Shown one piece after another: positions 39,123-53,900 of a stretch of DNA of 64,000 nucleotides. A program made the position numbers and the translations under genes. The first letter of the stretch is position 1, and each line of letters starts with the position of its first letter. Source of the DNA: Blasia pusilla (taxonomy: Eukaryota). Below the pieces are notes generated by a model. That model did no database searches, had not been told where the DNA came from, and worked only from the letters and a program-made list of their open reading frames with translations. The stretch is taken from assembly GCA_050084515.1 (NCBI GenBank), contig CM114271.1, positions 24,738,001 through 24,802,000 on the forward strand. Reading direction: 5' to 3'.

Positions 39123-40891
39123 ATGGCAGCGGCAATGGCGACATGGAGGGCCGTTGCGGGGGCAGTGTGTAGTCCTCGCGCGTCCGGGGACGTGTGTGGG
39201 TCGTCCTCCTCCGGTTCGCAATTCTGTGGAGGGCTTCCGCTCGTGAGGCTGTGTAAGGCGGGGCAAAGAAAGAGTGCGGGCTCGAAGGGCTCGGGGAGGT
39301 GGGGTATTCACAGTCGTTTACAGAGGGAGTCGGTGGTGGGAGCTGCGGCGCTGGGATTTGGGGATGCTTTGGTGGATGCTTTGGGTGACCCTTTTTCTGG
39401 CGCCATGGCTGCGCAGGCGCCCCCCATGGCGTCGAGATCTGCAGAGGCTGACGTGATGGGTTTGCTGCTGCGACAAAGGATTGTGTTTCTTGGACACCAG
39501 ATGGATGATTTTGTAGCCGATGCCATCATCAGCCAGCTGCTTCTGTTGGATTCCGTCGATCCCACCAAGGACATTCGTCTCTTCGTCAATTGTCCCGGTG
39601 GCTCCATCAGGTGTGGATTCTGGAGATGTTTAGAATTTTCTGCTTGTGCGAGATTTCTAACTGGCAAGCGTTTTTGTGGAGTTGGGATCTGCGTGTCCAA
39701 GTCAGTTCATCTCGTCTGTCGGTTCCGTCAGGCGTCTGGTTTTCTTATCCGGTCAGTTCGAGGGCAGAATTTTGGGTTTCACCTCACGGTTCAAAATGTT
39801 CGCAGTGGATAATTTACGCATTTCCAATGGGGGGTTTAAGATATTTTAGTTTTGCGTAACCCACAGAATCTTAAAGTCCTTTTCTAGAACTGTTTTCTCT
39901 GTGATTCCTATGTTTTTCTTCAACAACGTCCTCTCTGAGCAGCTGCACGGTGCGATGCTTCTACCAGCGAGTAATACGAGGAATCATTTTTCGAGAATCT
40001 TCCTGAATTGCCCCTACCGTGACTTACAAATAGGAATCGTCTGGCATAAGATGTTTACAAGGATCCTTGGTTTGTTGTCTTCTCTTTCCTCCGATAAGCT
40101 CAACAAGAGTTCTAGGGGTTAGGGTTGTGACTTCATTCCATTCATAGGTACTCCAATTCCCAGTTTACTACTATTTACCCACGGTTAGTACCTAGTGTGC
40201 CTCTGTAGGCTACAAACGAAATGTCTAACTCGTCCAAAGTAATATAATACGAAGGATATTGAGCATCTGGTTAGTTGTCTGATTTTGAGATGACATTGAA
40301 GTTGATGTAGTTCTGCATAATGCAGCACTTGTCCTGCTTGAAGCTAATTTTTTGAGTGCCATTTGGTCTACCACAAATGACTGACTTGTTATGTTATTTT
40401 GGTGCAGTGCTGCCATGGGCATCTTTGATTCAATTCAGCTGTGTAGGGCAAATGTTTCGACAATTGTGTTTGGACTTGCAGCTTCAACAGCTGCAATTGT
40501 AGTAGCTGGTGGCTCTAAGGGCAAGCGGTTTGCGATGCCAAATGCACGTATCATGATGCACCAACCTTTGGGAGGTGCCAGCGGCCAAGCTATAGATGTT
40601 GAGATTCAAGCCAAAGAAATTATGTATCACAAGAACAATGTCACACGGATCATTTCAGAGATTACAGGAAGATCGATTGAGCAAGTTGGAAAGGACATAG
40701 ACAGAGACAGGTATATGTCCCCAGTGGAGGCAATGGAGTATGGATTGATAGATGGTGTCATTGACCAGGATACCATTATCCCCCTTGCTCCCAATGTTGA
40801 AAGGGTGAAAAGTAGGTCAGAAAATCTTGCTGCGATGGAAGATCCCCGCAAATTCCTGAACCCTGTAATTCCTGATGATGAGATCTATTAA
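39123..40891 (+). CDS. CLPP4: ATP-dependent Clp protease proteolytic subunit 4, chloroplastic (exons 39123-39610 and 40408-40891, 323 aa)
   Basis: Transit-peptide-like N-terminus; LLRQRIVFLG, NCPGGS, GLAAST (catalytic Ser), MHQP (His), DRDRYM (Asp). The C-terminus DPRKFLNPVIPDDEIY is typical of ClpP4. The GT-AG intron 39611-40407 keeps the frame. Confidence 0.93.
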
Positions 40892-42748
40892 AGGCCCCTT
40901 TATTCTCTTACCTAGAATGAATTTCTGTAACGAGAAATGAGTTTGTACAAGGCTTTTTGAATCTTTGATCCAGAAATGGACCTTCATGACATGTGAGTGC
41001 TTCTTATGTTGTCCATGGGCTATGTGGTTTCTTCCTTCTTACACTCACAGGAGGAACATAGAATAGAGAATGCATGGTTGAAATGGTAACTGTTTGTTGG
41101 ACCCCATTTTTTCAGAGTGGAATGTTTGGCCAGCTTTTGAATTCTAGATCTACAACCTGTGCAAGGCGGTCCCAGCAAATTGTGGATAATTTAAATTCAA
41201 GGAGCTAAACAGAATCCAAAATCGTCCGGTGTTCCTGGGGAGAGAGAGACATGGGAGTCGGCCCCACGGGATCCCGCTGGCCCGGCCGGCCCCCGCGCGA
41301 ACAGGATACCAGGGCAGCAGATCATTTTAAAGTTTCTTGGTGAAATTTGAAATAAGGGAAGGTAGGGACATTGATAGCATTTACAGTTTACGTAGGTACG
41401 AATCACTTCTGTATGGTCCCATGAGAATTTTTGGGGAGGAAGGGTGAAGCTGATTCAGGTTCAACTCTGAAAGGTCATCTGGGACACAGGAACTCATTGC
41501 CGTTCGTGCGGAGATAGAATGTCCCTTTGGAACGATAACATAAAAATCATGTGCCTGGAACTTCACATTCCATTAGCTTTTGGGGATAGGCCAGGCAAGG
41601 GTTGGATTGACTTAAATTTGGGTATTATCCCAAAATGTAGTCTATGAACTGTTTCCCAAGAACCCAGTTACCCATCTTCAACACTTCGCAGAGATTTTGT
41701 AGGTCGTCAAAGTTTGAATCATTCAGGCACTTACTTCACACTGCAAACCCACACAGGATTTCTTCAGAAAGCCCCAATGTCGCCACGGGCATCAATGGAC
41801 CTTGGCAGTGATTCGCATATCAATAGTATGTCCTGTGAGTGTAGATCTCATCTCAATCTTACCTTAGCAGGGCAGGAGCGTCTTCATGAGGAACTCAAGC
41901 TGATATAGCAGGTGCGGAGTTCCGAATCAGGGATAGAAATGGCTCCCTTTCTGCTTTTTTCTACTCGTGATTGAGACCATTCCGAGGTCACAAAAGCGGA
42001 TAGAAACCCTAAACCATATTGAGGAAGTGGTCAAGAAGTCATCGATTTGATTGACAAACTCGTGAAATTGCCTGGCATTGCCATGCTAATCTGACAATCA
42101 CATGCTCATATGGGTTGAACCCGGCTTTGAAGAATTGAATGTGGGAGGAAGCTATAAGCTGTGAAGAGGACGAGGAGTCGCTGGAAAAGGGGATCCACGG
42201 CAATGGTTGTGTACACTTTATGAATCGTCTGAAGAATCCCATGTACTTCATATGCGACTTGATGAAATTGATGATATTTACATGCCACATTCTATCTTTT
42301 TCAGGGTTCCAATCATCACAAACATATCGGCAGAGCCCACTACTGGCACTATCCATTTTGGTTGTGGGGTATAATTTCCAAGCCAGATATTGTGAGTCCA
42401 GGTGTCTAAGAAGCCACTTTATCTCCAGAGCAGGTAATAAATTTTCATTCTTCTTCGCCTTGAGAACCATTGTCGTCCTAACTGATTCCTGGTTTTGTGA
42501 GAAGAACTTGGTCTCTGTACATTCTAAATTGATGAACCTTCTCACTCCATTTACCTCGCAAGCAGTAGGTTGTGGAGCACCATTCAATCGACCTGATCTA
42601 TCCGGATCATGTTGTCACAGTTTTGATCTACTCCCTAGCTCTGCATAGTGACGAGATGTCTTGTAGTTTGCGCATCTATTCTGTGTGTCTGTGAACCCCT
42701 CCAAGGTGGGATTTGTCATTTAAACAGTGACTACTTTACAATCTTTGG

Positions 42749-45700
42749 TCATAGACAAATGCTCCAGTTGTAAACCTTCACAGGAGGCCCATGACTGTTG
42801 AGCAAATCCTTGATCTGTCTAGATGCATGCCCTGAGTGACCCAGTATCAAGGCAAATCCACCACCCCCAGCTCCAACGAGCTTGTAACCACAACTTAAAT
42901 GGGCCACCTCCTTGAAGAGCATATCCACAAAAGGGTTGCTGCATTGAGGATCAAGCTGCTGGTTGAGCTTCCATGCTTCAAGTATAAGCTTTCCAAATCT
43001 GTCCAGATCACCTACTACAAGTGCTCCGTGACCAATCCTTGCAAGTTCTGCCAATCTCTTTATATTGAAGATCAATCGTGCATCTCGTTGCAGGTAGCGT
43101 CGCACAACTCTTTCAAGCACCGAATGGGCTAACCTCACCTGCAATTGAAACAAGACTGTGAGCCCTACCATACTTTGACAACATCTACAGCTCGTTAGAG
43201 ATCTTGTGGAATAGTTAAGATCCTGCCCATATCTCACAGGGAAAACGTGACAATAATTTGTTCCAGAGATCACAGAGCTCTTCTCCAACTCCATAGCTTT
43301 CAGGTTATGCAAGTAATCTGTCCAGCAAAAGTCATGATTAAAGTCCAGACATCTAGCAGAGAGCCATGACATGGTGATTACGTCTCCACGTGAACAACTG
43401 GGAAAAGACTGATACCTGTCCAGTAAACACCAGTACCAAACGCTCTTCCAATTCCATTCTCAAGCTGTCGCTTAGTTCAAGAGTCTCCACCTTGAGAGTC
43501 AAAGGCTTCCCAGGATGGCTGGTGGTGTACTTGATACCTGGATGAAGACCCCCTATCTGATCTTGCCACCCGCCCCCTGTGCCCATAACCTGCTCTACAA
43601 GCAGCACAAGGTTGGCTACATTTTTCTGACTTTGATCCTCCCCTTTCACGATCAGCAACCCTTTCACCACTGCAACTGCAAGTATACTCGAAGTTCCCAA
43701 CCCACTCCCACGAGGGACATTGGCCCATGTCTTGATGTCTAGGCCCACTTGAGAACCCTGACGAGCGAAGCCCAGAACTAATAACGCAGCTTTGATCAAA
43801 CGGAAGGGGTCCTCTTCACGGAGGGGAAGATGTATGGCAGAGAGTTCTCCAATGGATGCTTTATTGCCGAAGTCGTCGCTCATCGTGACTCCTCCAGATT
43901 GCTTCAGTATCACCTCTGCACCTACTGCAGTGGAACCCTCCAGGAGAATCGCCATGTTGAGTACACGGCCAATTCGCTCCAGACTCCATGGCGGAGTATC
44001 ACTCCAACCGCCCATGAAATCAATCCGCACAGGCAACTCCACCTTTGCATTGGTGATGGGGGGACCACACATAGAAGATATGACCATACCGTGGGGACCA
44101 TCGTCAAACCCTGCCTTCTGTGGAATCCCTGCAGAAGAAGGCAGAAAACTAGTTAAGAGTTGCTCAAAAACCAACATTGACAGAAGGCGTGCATGAAAGC
44201 TTCTATGATTATATGCTAAGGATTATACGAGACAATGACCATGTCCGTTACTGTATGGTACGAACAAGCTCGGTTGAATGTAAATGACACATTTATCAGT
44301 TGCATCAGATGATCAATTGTTCGCTATAACTTCCAGCACGTCATACTCTGGTAAGAATATTCAAGTGATTGGGAGCTACGAACCTGGCTTTTTCCTCCCT
44401 ACAGCAATCATGGTTTCCATAGCAACAGCCTGCCATACAGATGCTTCCAAGGCCGCCACATCAGTTTCATCCCTGCACGCCTTCTTCAAGTCTAACTTAG
44501 CTTGATGAGCTCTGCTGACAGGTACCTGACCCGTCTTGGGGAATTTATATAATAGAGCAAGTAATTCCTGGCAAACTTCGGGACCTGAGTTCCCTCTGGA
44601 AGATAGTATTTCGGCAGAAAGCTTGGCCAAATTCCTCCCAAGAGAACCACAGTGCAGACTGGCTCTTGCAAATCCAGCAGCAAGCCTAGCCCGGTGTTGG
44701 CTAAGCTCTATCTGAAGTAGATCGAAGTTTATCTGACCATGAACCTCTGCAAAGCTTAACCGGACACAATCACGCCATCTGGATAACAGATTTTTGTCGT
44801 CCCCCAAAACAACTCCCATCAGCCACAGAGCGAACCTCTTTCCTTGCCCATGTTGGAGTACGGGGAATAACTTGGCGCTCCACAGATCTTGTTTTTCATG
44901 GCTTGATAAAGGCCAAAGATCCTCCTTCACAATTCCTCGGTCTGCCATAAAGTTATCCCATGTTCTTCCACAAAAAGTTCCTCCTTGCTCAAGGAGGGCC
45001 TTGGGATTATCTTCGACCCCACAACATAAAGTCACACGACTCTGCATCTTTCCCTTGAGAGGAACTTCCCACAAGCAGTGCCAGTCGGGAACGTGGAGAA
45101 CGTCCTGACTTGATTCACAAGCATCACCTATGTTGGTGTCAATGCCCATAACCACACACCGTGCGCCGATATGGACACCGCTGCCTAGGGTACAATCAAA
45201 GATTAGGCTCTCATCACCGACAGAGGCACCTTCAAGAATTTCACTTGCAACAATAACTGCTGACGATGATGCCTCGCATTCCATTGCACTAGCAACAGAG
45301 CTAAAGTGTCTCCTCCCAATCATGTGCGCATTCTTCTCAGCCAGATGATCCAAGATTTCACCCGAAGTTCCAAAATGAAAAAATTTCATCTCATCTGCAG
45401 TCACCATATTGATACTCCATTATTAGATGCTTTCTTCGTCAGAAAGAAGAGTCAAGACTTTGTCATTGAGAAAGTTCTTCTCCCATCTGAGCTGAGTAAT
45501 GCGTGGAGAACGTTTTCTGCAAAGAGGGCTTAAGAATGGTGCAAACTGCAAGAGTACAAATGAGTTGCAGGAGACAATGTCTGTTATAGCCCAAAATTCA
45601 GTGTTAGATGTTGAACGAATGGGAGTGGGAGCGGAGAGAAGGACGCTTTGTGGGGCAAGGAAGGATTTAGCTTTCACTCCTATTCCTGCATGACTTCAGG

Positions 45701-48082
45701 GGTATACATAGAAAGGAGCAAGAAATATCGAAACGCACTGATCATGCAGCATGTGAAATACACACGACAAAGAAGCTGCATTTCTCTTCATTTCCAACAA
45801 TGAAATTTGGTGCTGCAAGGAGCGACAACCTACAAGAACAATAATGATACAATTTGTGGGCGCCAAGTCCCTCAACCAGTGTCTTGCCTAGCTGTCGCCC
45901 TTGCACCCATGCATGGCGAGCGGGCACCCACGCCCCAGCCATTTCCTCATACAAGCTGATCTGGACCACACAGCAGTTGCCTCTCAATTGCATGGTCAAG
46001 GTTACTTCAAACCTCGTCCTCGTAGTTACTCATCCACTATCGGAACAGATCACAGAGATGATGGATTCAAAAACACTCGCGTCTTCTGGAAAGGACTAAA
46101 AAAATCAGGTTCAGTAGTTCTTTCCACCGCAATAGTTTGATGTGAAATTGACTTTTTACAGTTGCTATCCAGCCGAGGAGGAGTGACACTCGCAGGTAAT
46201 AATCTACACATACATAGAATGAAGCAAAGTGTGATCACTGACTGCCATAGCCTGGAAGACGAAAGGGGACATACCATCTAGGACTTTATATGATGAAGAA
46301 AAGTTTGATTAAGAGTGCTCACTTCTGTTCCACTGGTGAGTACATCATCCACGGGGTTAGGATGTAAGAGAGCCAAGCGTATCAAGTCCTGCCAAGCCGT
46401 GCCTTGCAAGGCGAAGATTCCAGTGTCAAGTAGCACCCTTCCACTTGTACTTACTGCACCTCTTGCAATCATCTCCTGTCCGTTTGGTTTCTGCAATAGG
46501 TCATCGACTATAAACAATCTTCTCTTGGTGGTAGCCCTAGAAATCCCAAAATGCTCTATAGACGGAGTACATCCTTTTTTCCATGTAGAAGAAAGTATAA
46601 CTCCATGCCTGGAGGCCACATCGAGCGGAGATGGCACTGTCACCACACAGACTCCATCTTCAGGCAGCACAATCGCTGCTGCATCGAAGCAAGGAAGAAC
46701 ATCTCCTGTCATAATCAACAGACCTCCTGCAAGACAGCCCACTTTCTGGTCATTTTAACTACCCTAATACTTGCAAGAGCATGCTTTGACAAACATAGGG
46801 ATCACGTCCAGCTCAACGAGCAGAATTAGTTCACAAGCACTGTAAGCAGCGCCGTCTTATGTCCACAAGTGCCAACCACAAAATTATGCGTGTGATTATA
46901 ACATCGTCATCACTGGTGGCCACGACTACTTCCAGGATCGTATTCTCAACAGCTGTCAGGGCTGCGTGCCAAATAGAGATGTCTAAGCATGGGCTAGTAC
47001 TCATAGCTTGGTCTCTGACCCAATTGTCTATCGTAGAGTGTGCTGACTAACTTACAGATCAGCCTAGACTTGAACGTGGAGTGTTTGAACATACTGTCAG
47101 CGAAAGGGGATGAAGCCTGTGAGGTCCTACTAGAGGAAATATTTGATCGTCTAGACGCTCGTTAGCAGTGGATCTCCTTCAAGTTAGTCTCCCGAACAGA
47201 ATGAGTTGATAAATAATTTCCTGACAATCAGATCCCCATATGCTCGTATTGAGATGTGGTGGGCACAAAAGCAAGCACAAGTTTGAAAGAAATACTAACA
47301 TACCTTTCCTTGAGAATGCTTGGAGTGCGCAGGCAGAGATCGCCATAATGTGATCAAACAGTGTCGGAACCGGTACATCTGGGTCGTCACACGCAATAAA
47401 GGGAAGTGGGATAAATGCTTTTCCGATGCAATTGGCCCATGGGACTCTTTTTGAATCTCCCCCAGTATGAAGTAATAAGACGTGCATTTTAGATAGTAAC
47501 ATAGTAGAGGCAGGCTCCTGCAGACAAGTTCAGAGAATGATCAGTTCATTCGAGCCGGTGCGAATTTGGAATGAGCCAGAGGGAAATTTGAACCGCAGAC
47601 AATCGTCTCTCCCTTCAAGATTGAGCCGATAGTTTATAGACACCAAAGTTCAAGAAGGTGTGAGGACGACTGATTCTACTCACGAATTGCACGCGAGATT
47701 CAAAGATCCTGGATTCTAGTGAGGGGACACACAGTAATTGCAGGTAACAATTCTCATGGAAAGACGGAAGTTCATGCACCTGAGATCCGGGCTTGGCAAG
47801 GTGCTTCGCAAGGCTGCTTATAGCGTGAAGAGTGGCAGCTCCTGATCCGATTCGCTGACCTCCCGGATCCGAAACCGCTAGGATAGTCGTGTCGGGTGCT
47901 ATGACACCATTCTGCTTGGATCGCTCTAGTTGGACGGCGTACAGCTCCGCCTGGTCAGGACTGGCAGCAGTCAAAACAATGGCATCCCAAGTGCGCACTC
48001 TGGAAGGACATTGAACTGACAAACGCAGCGTATGCCACGCATCCGAAAGCATTTGCATCGGATCAGCCGTGTGAAAATCCAT
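42749..48082 (-). CDS. FKGP: Bifunctional L-fucokinase / GDP-L-fucose pyrophosphorylase, 7 exons, about 1053 aa
   Basis: Exons 48082-47780, 47517-47304, 46726-46323, 45960-45834, 45394-44384, 44128-43416 and 43138-42749 total 3162 nt in frame. Motifs: WDAIVLTAASP, RIGSGAAT, GGDSKRVPWAN, FFHFGTS, PVRIDFMGGWSDTPPWS, PRGSGLGTSS, GGWQDQ, GAGGGG. Confidence 0.96.
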
Positions 48083-50574
48083 TGATCACAAGTGTGCGGA
48101 GATCCGAGAAAATCCTCCAATCGATTTCAGCCCTACCGATCTAAGTCAACCCCACAGTGTCGCTCCTGCTGAGGATTTCAGGGTGCGCCCCGTTTCTCGT
48201 GATGTCTCCAGGCCCTTTTAACTTGATCTGCGGATCTCATAATTCGTTTGTCAAGAGCGGTTCCGTTTCCAAGTGATTGATTGCTTGTTCACCCTCTCTG
48301 CCCCATTCGCCGATCATCCCAATCCAGCCCAAAACTCTACCTACAGCACTCGAAGATCTTATTTGAGTTCCCAATCTTATGAAGAAAGCTACTTCATCCC
48401 AGTCTCTCCACCACAATTGGAAATCAGATTTCCTTGGTCCCACACCATTAACTCCAATGGCACCACCGGCGCTCCCACAATCCTTCCTCAGACGACGTCG
48501 ATCGAAATCGCTCCCCCAAGTCCTTCCTCCGTATCTGTCTTCAGAGGCTTGCCCTCATTGCTCGCCGAGGTTCAAGTGATCAAATCGTAGTCGATCTTCT
48601 TAAGCGGACATCCATCAATGCCATTGCCTCTTTTCGAGAAGAGATTCGCAGGGGCTAAGGCCTGACTCATCAAGAAGTGAACCACCAAGCCAGTCATCGA
48701 CAATTGTGAGCTGGCTCTCTTTCGATTCCGCCGTCTCCAACTCCTTCATTCACTCATTTGGTTACCAATTTTCACAAGTCAATCGATTTCGCTTTCAAAC
48801 GCTCCCCAATTGCGCTACAGGACCGCACTGTTAACTTGCGTAATCTGCTAGACGCCCCTAACTCACTTTAATTGCACGGACTTAGAAACAACACAGAGTT
48901 CTTGATTCGCATTCCCACTGTGCCCTTTGACTCGTTTCTCTCGCGCATAGGAGACACGGTACAGCAGCTGATCTGATCCCAAAACATTCCTCGGGTGTTC
49001 CATCGCGAACTTACTCTCTAGGGCCCATCACTGCTACAAAAGCGTCTAACACTACTGCGAATACGGATTTGTAAGTGTTACGTGCGGTCCGGACAGTGAC
49101 ACTGTAGTCCGTAAACGATATGGAGAACGCGACGACGACGGAGACACGGGAGAGAGCGGTACAGTCGATGTCCGCCTGCTGTGACCGTGGTTAATACCGA
49201 AGGCTCAGGTTACCCTTGAGTTCGACGCAGGGTTGAATCCTGACTCTCCGCGGCTTGCGTCATAAGGGGGTGTCAAACATCTCTTTCAAGCCTTGGGAGA
49301 AGGCCTAGTAAGGGCATTAGCGACTCTCCTTAAGAAATCTTAGGTCCTGCTGCCGTTTTAGCAGCAGGGGTTTAGGGAGGTCCCCCGCAAGAGGGAGGTT
49401 CTGCGATGACGGAGACGGAAAAGAGCATACCTCAATCGCTTGACTGAAACTCCGCAGGACGTACTACGCGGATGGAGAAATACTACGGACGACCTGTTTG
49501 CTCTCCTGCATATGACACATTGAGACGCCCTATTAGACTACTTTACAACCCCTCACAATTTCCGTAACTTTGAGTTGGGGAAGCTCGCCGTGAGATGAAA
49601 CATGGTACCCATGAAAGTAACTTACAAAACAAGAAAGGTTAGCTAAGGAGGTACCCTTTGAGATTACAATGATGAAAACATAGCCCCTAAAGATAGGACA
49701 TCACCTTCTTTGCTTTGAGTAAATATTATATTATATATCTATGAGATGGCCGTTACCAAGATGGCTCCTACTTATTTCGGAACTTGACAATGATTAATTT
49801 TAATGATAAGGGGACTATGAGAACGTGGTTGGCAACCTCTAAATCTTGTAAGTGTGGTCGAGGGACGAAAAGGACTAGGTGTGGTAAGGGGATCAAAACT
49901 TACGTGAAGAATGCTCAAGTAAATATCTTCACAGTTTCTACATTTTAAAAAATTCCCAAGATTTTATTTATTCAACTATTGTAAATTTAGGAAAACAAAA
50001 TCACGGAAGAAATTCTCGAAGAGAAATATTTGAAGTCTATGGGGTGCTCGTACAATGAATTTCTCTACTTACAACAGTCCTTTATAAACTCCAAACTTGA
50101 GTTTATTTTCGTTTCGAGTATGAGGTATGATGTTTTATTCTCATTTTACAATATCCAACCGTACTAGAGCATAAATCCTAGGTTATTTTCATTCGAATGG
50201 GCATTAAGTCGTTTGATTTATGCACTTAAATTTATGTACCAATTAGAGGATGTAATTTTTTTTAGTTGCTACTTGTTTGACATGTGCCAGTACTCATTCA
50301 AAAATACTTTTGGTAGCGTTAATTGAGGTTATATAGAGATTGATGCGACATTGAAACCTGAATTATTAAATAGAGATCCATGCAAGGCAGTCCTTACTAG
50401 TATGACTTAAGATGTATGAAAAGTGCACAAATATATGTATTCTTGATGAGAAAAACATACATATACTCATGATTTATTTATATACACACATCTCACAAAA
50501 TACTCTTGTTAGATATATTTTGGATTAAATATGGAGATAAGGTAGTGGTTTAATTGTTGAAGTTTTTTTTTATC

Positions 50575-50935
50575 ATGGTATTTTTAAAATATGTCATAAT
50601 GAGACCTTCATTACATAGGGATTGGTGTGATAATATGAATTCTTCCCTCATGCATGCTAAGTTTTTTCATTGTTAATTTATAATTATTCAAAATAAATCT
50701 TTTGGAAAATTTCTTTACCCCTAATCCACACAATGTAGTAAAATAGATACACATTCATGTTTTGTTTTGTATGATGGTATTTTTAAAATATGTGATAATC
50801 AGAGCTTTTGTTACACAAGGATTGGCATGACAATATGACTTCTCCCCTCATACATGCTAAGCTTTTTCCTTGTTAATTAATAAGTATTCAAAAGAAATCT
50901 TTTGGAAAATTTCTTTATCCCCCTAATCCATACAA
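50575..50935. repeat. Diverged tandem duplication, period 199 bp
   Basis: atggtatttttaaaatatgt...aaatcttttggaaaatttcttta..ccctaatcca occurs at 50575 and 50774. Confidence 0.85.
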
Positions 50936-53900
50936 CCATGATCCCCAAGCGGCTATACACAATATAGTAAAACGAAAACAAATTTGTTTGACAACGATCC
51001 TTTATCACACATGCATGCCCTTGCCATCAACCATTCGTATCCACTACAATTCCACTTTCTCTCATACTTCAACTTAGGATCCAATAACTTGTGTGCTTGC
51101 TTTTGTGAAAAGAACCATCCTTGCGAAGTGGAATTTCTCAACTCTTATAATATTCCTACACATCTTTACAACCTTCACAACTTTTATAAGAATTTACATG
51201 CTTGGTATGTTTTATAGTCATTGATTTGTTTCCACAGTTCAATTTTGGTTACATCTTAATTGAGGATAAGAGGAGATTTTGAACATTTGGATCCAGTAGA
51301 ATCTAAACCACAATAATGTAGAGCGAAGATGAACTTGGATAGACCTTAAAAGTTTGAATGGGAGGAAGTTTCCAACATTGCGAAGGCAACCATTTGGATT
51401 ATATGCATAATGAGATATGAATCAAGTGTACAAATTTTTGACCTTGACCTCTAGTTAGTATGCTTAATGGTGTCATTCCATTGATATTTGCTCTATAATT
51501 AAGACTTGGAATTTTTTGGTCCTATCAACACATTGAACAGAATGGGAGCATCTGAAAATCTCATGGACTCCTTGGGATCCCACCCATATCGACATTCAAT
51601 TGGCCATGAAGATATCCATGGGAGACTCAACTATGAGTTTATGATACCTGAATTTTTTGGGTCCTTGGACGTTTATTGTGCAATTAACTTAAACCACAAA
51701 ATAACAAAAGTAAAACTTAAAGAATACGATTCCTTTCTCACTCGAGATTTACTTGCAAAAGAGTTGAAAGGTCTAAGCGCCTACTTGGTAGGTAAACTTT
51801 GTGAATTTTTTTTCACTTGAACTATCAAGCTAGTTTTGGTGGGCATCGTATAGTAAACTCTGCTTCCACTAGAATATTTCATATTATTAATGATTAAGAG
51901 TTCATTTGATGACAATATGTATTTTGTTTTCTCAAATTTGAGAATGGGATCAAGAATTGATGGAATATGAACAAGAACGAAAATCTAGTAACAAACAAGA
52001 CACCAATGTAGCCATTAATATCTTGATTTGTGAAACTTATATTTTCCCTTAAAAGTTGAGATCTAAAAAATAATTGGATTATTTTCCTACTTTTGGGTGA
52101 TGTATGTTTTCTTGCGCTCTCTTCCATTCTTTTGTGTAGAGATTTAATGGCTACCAAATATACAAGTTGATATAGAAAGGCTATCGAAATTCATAGTATT
52201 GGAGCGATTTGGCTGAACCAATAAAAAGCTTTGAATACACTTATTAAATTTTACTACTACCATTTTGAAAAGTGGATTACATGCTTTCCTCTATTTGCAA
52301 CTTTAAATCACTTTTGCTATTATGCAAAGATATTGGATTTAGCATAACCTTTGCTCTTGATTCAATGCTGATTTTAATATCAATTCACATTTTAGTTACA
52401 TCATTTCAATGTATTTCATATTCAATGTATAGTACATTGATTAGGGTTTTTTCATTATTTCAATAATGCAATAAAATGCTATACTTACTCTCTTGTAATC
52501 CGTCTTGAAACTATTGTAATTTGATGCAAATAAATTTTGATGCTAGAAAATCTAATTGAAGAATCTAAACTAGCGATGTTGTGGAAAATCAAATCCAACC
52601 TCTGACAATTTCTTTGAGTGGTTCACGTAGACATCGAGGTTCATGATATCTCTTACTGATTGTCAACTTGCAAGTATTGTGCAATTAGATAGATTTTGGG
52701 ATTGATTCTTACAACCATTTAATTTGTAAATCAAATCTGAAAAAAATTGACCCTATGATATCATTTCTTCATCATCGGTAGGAAAAATCGTGTAAATGTA
52801 TTCACCTAACAAGAATTGTATTAAAAAACCACTTAAACTTCCTAAAGACATGCAACTGCACACTTGGAAAAGTTACTGGTCAACAAGAAAATGGATATTG
52901 CAACATCCAAATAGATTATTGTAAGATAGACGTTGCTCATTATCTTGTGGTCATTGATATCAACCTTCGTAAATCACATTGATCATTGATATCATAGAGC
53001 CACATTGGTTCAACCTATTACGTGCTCCATACTTCTTCTCTTTGATTCATGTAGGTATAGAATTGCAAGATCATCATGGAATACGAAGAAAAATTGACTT
53101 AGGATATGAACTTGAATTATTATTATTCTCATGAGATGAATATTCCATCGTAGTATTTTTTGATATGTGATCATTGTAACATTGAAATCTAATTGATAAT
53201 ATCTTATCGTCACGGATTCTTGTATAAATCTTCTCATCTCGGAAAATTGGTTCCAACACTAGAACACTCTAAATATTATTTTTTACCTAATTTCCTCAAA
53301 GTAAAATAATTTTATGAAAAATAATCATAGGATTAATTTCATTATTAAATAAAAATTTAAAAAGAATCAGAAAATTTAATGGAATTATTAAATTAAAATT
53401 TTAATTTAGTTTTCCCTTTCTTGAATTTGAATTGGCTATAAATATTCATATAGTAATAGTTAATGAAAATGGAAGTGATGCTTGTTTCATTTCATCAATT
53501 AGACATGCAACCAATATGTTTTCTTTCTTATTTAAGCCGATCTCAATGAGTGAAACTAGAAAATTATCCATCCAATATATTTGATAGGCTTTCTAACTTG
53601 GATAACAATCTATAAATAGTCACTATTTAAAGTAGTAGGCTAAGAAAATTCACGCATGTAAGCATAGTACAAAGCATCCAGATACATTGATCATTTCCTA
53701 CCTAAGGAATCACATCTCACGAATAAACGAGAAATTTGAATAATGGGATATCTTCAATGACATTAAACCAATGTATATCGTGATTCGAGGATGAATAGTA
53801 TTTCCTTGAAATCCTAAAGGATCATTGGAAGGAGCAACTAGTGTGATGAGAAACATACTTGTCATATTGTTCCATGTTATGGATGACCTATACAATGGAA

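Noticed and set aside
39611..39812. C-terminal extension of the 229-aa ORF after PGGSI
   Set aside because: Read-through into the CLPP4 intron; splicing to 40408 restores the protease domain.
42899..46829. Numerous plus-strand ORFs over FKGP, and similar ones over FANCD2 and CLPP4
   Set aside because: Antisense shadows of real exons with no independent motifs.
48273..48590. 105-aa Ser/Pro-rich plus-strand ORF upstream of FKGP
   Set aside because: Composition is explained by the antisense of the FKGP 5' leader; no recognisable domain.
49160..49252. tRNA-Ser-like or SINE-like fragment (gtggttaa ... cgcagggttgaatcctg)
   Set aside because: No GTTCRA in the T-arm position and no consistent cloverleaf could be built.
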